From Hyalangium minutum (lineage in GTDB: Bacteria > Myxococcota > Myxococcia > Myxococcales > Myxococcaceae): a stretch of DNA of 64,000 nucleotides. Location: NCBI RefSeq assembly GCF_000737315.1, contig NZ_JMCB01000004.1, positions 310,001-374,000 on the forward strand. Reading direction: 5' to 3'. This document shows positions 61,654-64,000 of the stretch, in pieces. A program made the translations under genes and the position numbers. How positions within the stretch are numbered: the first letter of the stretch is position 1; the number at the start of each line of letters is the position of its first letter. Below the pieces are notes generated by a model. It was given only the letters and a program-made list of their open reading frames with translations, was not told where the DNA came from and made no database searches.

Positions 61654-62334
61654 ATGTCCCAGCCCCTCGTCTCCCTGCGCAACATCGAGAAGTCCTACCC
61701 CATCGCGGGCGGCCGGACGTGGGTGCTGCGCCGCATCCACCTGGACGTGCAACCCGGCGAGTTCGTCACGCTGATGGGGCCCTCGGGCGCGGGCAAGTCC
61801 ACGCTGCTGTCCATTCTGGGGATGCTCGATGCCGAGTGGACGGGCGAGTACCTGCTCGAAGGCCGGGCCGTGCATTCGCTGAAGCCAAAGGACCGGGCGG
61901 AGCTGGCCAAAGGCACCATCGGCTTCGTCTTCCAGCAGTACCACCTGCTGGACGGGCTCACGGTGGCGGAGAACCTGGAGGTGCCGCTGTCCTACCGCAA
62001 CCTCAAGCGCTCCGAGCGCGAGGCGCTGGTGGCGGACATGCTCGACCGCTTCCAGCTCGTGGGGAAGAAGGACCTGTACCCCAATCAGCTCTCCGGCGGG
62101 CAGCAGCAGGTGGTGGGCATCGCCCGAGCCCTCATCGCCAGCCCGAAGATGCTGCTGGCGGACGAGCCGACCGGCAACCTGCACTCCACGCAGGCCAAGC
62201 AGATCATGGAGATGTTTCAGGCGCTCAACCGCGAGGGCACCACCGTCATTCAGGTGACGCACTCGGAGTCAAACGCCGCATACGGCCATCGCGTGGTCCA
62301 ACTGGCGGACGGTTGGATCCAGGAGCCGCGCTAA
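61654..62334 (+). CDS. ABC transporter ATP-binding protein
   Basis: [24 protein letters not shown]. Confidence 0.93.
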   Translation: MSQPLVSLRNIEKSYPIAGGRTWVLRRIHLDVQPGEFVTLMGPSGAGKSTLLSILGMLDAEWTGEYLLEGRAVHSLKPKDRAELAKGTIGFVFQQYHLLDGLTVAENLEVPLSYRNLKRSEREALVADMLDRFQLVGKKDLYPNQLSGGQQQVVGIARALIASPKMLLADEPTGNLHSTQAKQIMEMFQALNREGTTVIQVTHSESNAAYGHRVVQLADGWIQEPR

Positions 62335-62399
62335 GCCTCAAACAGATGCATTCCCCCTCACCAAGGGCCTCTGGCAGAGTCCTTTGCTTCGGTGCCGCC

Positions 62400-63827
62400 G
62401 TGACTGAGATCGCCCCCGCAATCCCTGAGAGTGCTCCTCGGCCCGAGCCCGACTCGCGGCCGCGCATCCTCGTCGCCGACGATCAGGCGGACGTGCTGGA
62501 AGCGCTGCGCCTGCTGCTGAAGCGGGATGGGTATGCCGTGCTGACGGCCCAGTCCCCGGCGGGCGTCCTGGCCATGCTGGAGGCCGAGGACGTGGACGTG
62601 TTGCTGATGGACCTGAACTACGCGCGCGATACCACCTCCGGGCGCGAGGGCTTGGACTTGCTCGCGCGAGTGCGCCAGATGGATGCGGCGCTGCCAGTGG
62701 TGGTGATGACGGCGTGGGGCAGCGTGGAGGGCGCGGTGGAGGCCATCCGCGGGGGCGCTCGGGACTACGTGCAGAAGCCGTGGGACAACACGCGCCTGCT
62801 CACCCTGCTGCGCACCCAGCTGGAACTGCGGCGGGCGCTGAAGCGCTCGAAGCGGCTGGAGCAGGAGAACACCCACCTGCGCAAGAGCGGTGGCGAGCGG
62901 CCGTCCTTCCTGGCCGAGTCCCGCGCCATGCAGGCGGTGCGGCGGCTGGTGGAGCGCGTGGCGCCCTCGGGGGCGAACATCCTCATTACGGGCGAGCACG
63001 GCACGGGCAAGGAAGTGATGGCGCGGTGGATCCACGCCGCCTCTGGGCGCCCGGAGAGCCCCTTCGTGGCAGTGAACTCGGGCGGCCTGTCCGAGGGCGT
63101 CTTCGAGAGCGAGCTGTTTGGCCACGTGAAGGGCGCCTTCACGGACGCGAAGACGGACCGCATCGGCTGCTTCGAGCTGGCGGACGGCGGCATCCTGTTC
63201 CTGGACGAGATCGGCAACATGCCGCTCACGCAGCAGGCCAAGCTCCTGCGCGTGCTGCAGACGGGCGAGCTGCACCCAGTGGGCTCCTCGAAGGTGCGCC
63301 GGGTGTCCGTGCGCGTCGTCGCGGCGACGAACGCGGATCTGTCCAAGGCGGTGGCCGAGGGCCGCTTCCGGGAGGATCTGCTCTACCGCCTCAACACGGT
63401 GGAGGTGCAGCTGCCGCCGCTGAGGGATCGCCGCGAGGACATTCCGCTGCTGGCGGCGCACTTCCTGGCGGAGCAGGGCCGGCGCTATGGTCGTCCGGCG
63501 ATGCGCCTGTCGCAGGGGGCGCTGGAGGCCCTGATGTCCTACGGATGGCCGGGCAACGTGCGCGAACTGGAGCATGCGGTGGAGCGCGCGCTGCTCATGG
63601 CCAGCGGGGAGGAAGTCACGGCGGAGGACCTGCTGCTGCGGCGCGCGAGCCGCGAGGGCCCGTCCCGCCTGGAGGAGATGACGCTGGAGGAGGTGGAGCG
63701 CTACCTCATCGATCGGGCCCTGACGCGGTATGAGGGCAACGTGAGCGATGCGGCGAAGGCGCTCGGGCTGTCGCGCAGCGCGCTGTACCGCCGCATGCAG
63801 TACTACGGCATCAAGGGAGCGCGGTGA
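62400..63827 (+). CDS. Sigma54-dependent response regulator
   Basis: GTG 62400; REC (DLNY), GEHGTGKE, ELFGHVKGAFTDA, WPGNVRELEH, SALYRR HTH. Confidence 0.93.
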   Translation: MTEIAPAIPESAPRPEPDSRPRILVADDQADVLEALRLLLKRDGYAVLTAQSPAGVLAMLEAEDVDVLLMDLNYARDTTSGREGLDLLARVRQMDAALPVVVMTAWGSVEGAVEAIRGGARDYVQKPWDNTRLLTLLRTQLELRRALKRSKRLEQENTHLRKSGGERPSFLAESRAMQAVRRLVERVAPSGANILITGEHGTGKEVMARWIHAASGRPESPFVAVNSGGLSEGVFESELFGHVKGAFTDAKTDRIGCFELADGGILFLDEIGNMPLTQQAKLLRVLQTGELHPVGSSKVRRVSVRVVAATNADLSKAVAEGRFREDLLYRLNTVEVQLPPLRDRREDIPLLAAHFLAEQGRRYGRPAMRLSQGALEALMSYGWPGNVRELEHAVERALLMASGEEVTAEDLLLRRASREGPSRLEEMTLEEVERYLIDRALTRYEGNVSDAAKALGLSRSALYRRMQYYGIKGAR

Positions 63828-64000
63828 AACGCTCCCGGAGATCGCTCCCCTTCGATCTCCGCATCTTCCTGCTGGCGCTGCTGGCGGGGCTGCCGGGCTC
63901 CATTGCGACGCTGGCGCTGCTGTGGACGCAGGACGTGAGCGCCAAGGTGCAGTGGACGGTCTCCGTGCTGGTGGTGGCGGTGCACTTGGGCGCGGCCATC
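63824..64000 (+). CDS. Membrane sensor histidine kinase, 5' part (truncated by window end)
   Basis: GTG overlaps the regulator stop; MKRSRRSLPFDLRIFLLALLAGLPG...AKVQWTV with two TM segments. Confidence 0.7.
   Translation, partial: MKRSRRSLPFDLRIFLLALLAGLPGSIATLALLWTQDVSAKVQWTVSVLVVAVHLGAAI

Noticed and set aside
59212-62262. Long antisense ORFs (1016 aa here; also 33640-35784, 5680-7524 and many others)
   Set aside because: Typical stop-poor shadow frames of high-GC coding DNA with no recognisable motifs.
62372-62387. TGGCAGAGTCCTTTGC as a sigma54 promoter
   Set aside because: GG-to-GC spacing is 11 nt rather than the required 10.

Overview
High-GC myxobacterial chromosome segment (Archangiaceae/Cystobacterineae-like by gene content; inference). 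The left 18 kb is lipid/polyketide-related. It holds an unusual AT-less, ACP-less PUFA-synthase-type PKS with four tandem ketosynthase domains plus a dehydratase (KS1 lacks the catalytic Cys, KS3 lacks the second His). Beside it are a membrane-anchored HHxxxDG acyltransferase, a FabD-like acyltransferase and a convergent CDP-alcohol phosphotransferase. A sigma54 activator is divergent from a cNMP-patatin / KAS III / acyltransferase / enoyl-reductase-like operon whose KAS III and reductase have non-canonical active sites. Next come a Ser/Thr kinase-ATPase and a probable O2/stress block (globin-coupled kinase, dual-REC regulator, hybrid kinase, NtrC-type activator, OsmC, DASS, USP, CBS) with sigma54 promoter motifs. 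The middle has TPP riboswitch-thiC, moaA, an internally deleted lipoprotein toxin with an intact immunity-like gene, an HD-GYP protein, thiO, a probable pseudokinase and a complete his operon with an unannotated His-rich leader peptide and attenuator. The right end has MarR, an INSIG-like membrane protein, NUDIX, P450, hypotheticals and an ABC/MacB-type efflux operon with its sigma54 two-component system. Two small membrane-protein ORFs below the ORF-track cutoff and three deletion remnants were also found. All family assignments are from motif recognition by eye; no database searches were run.
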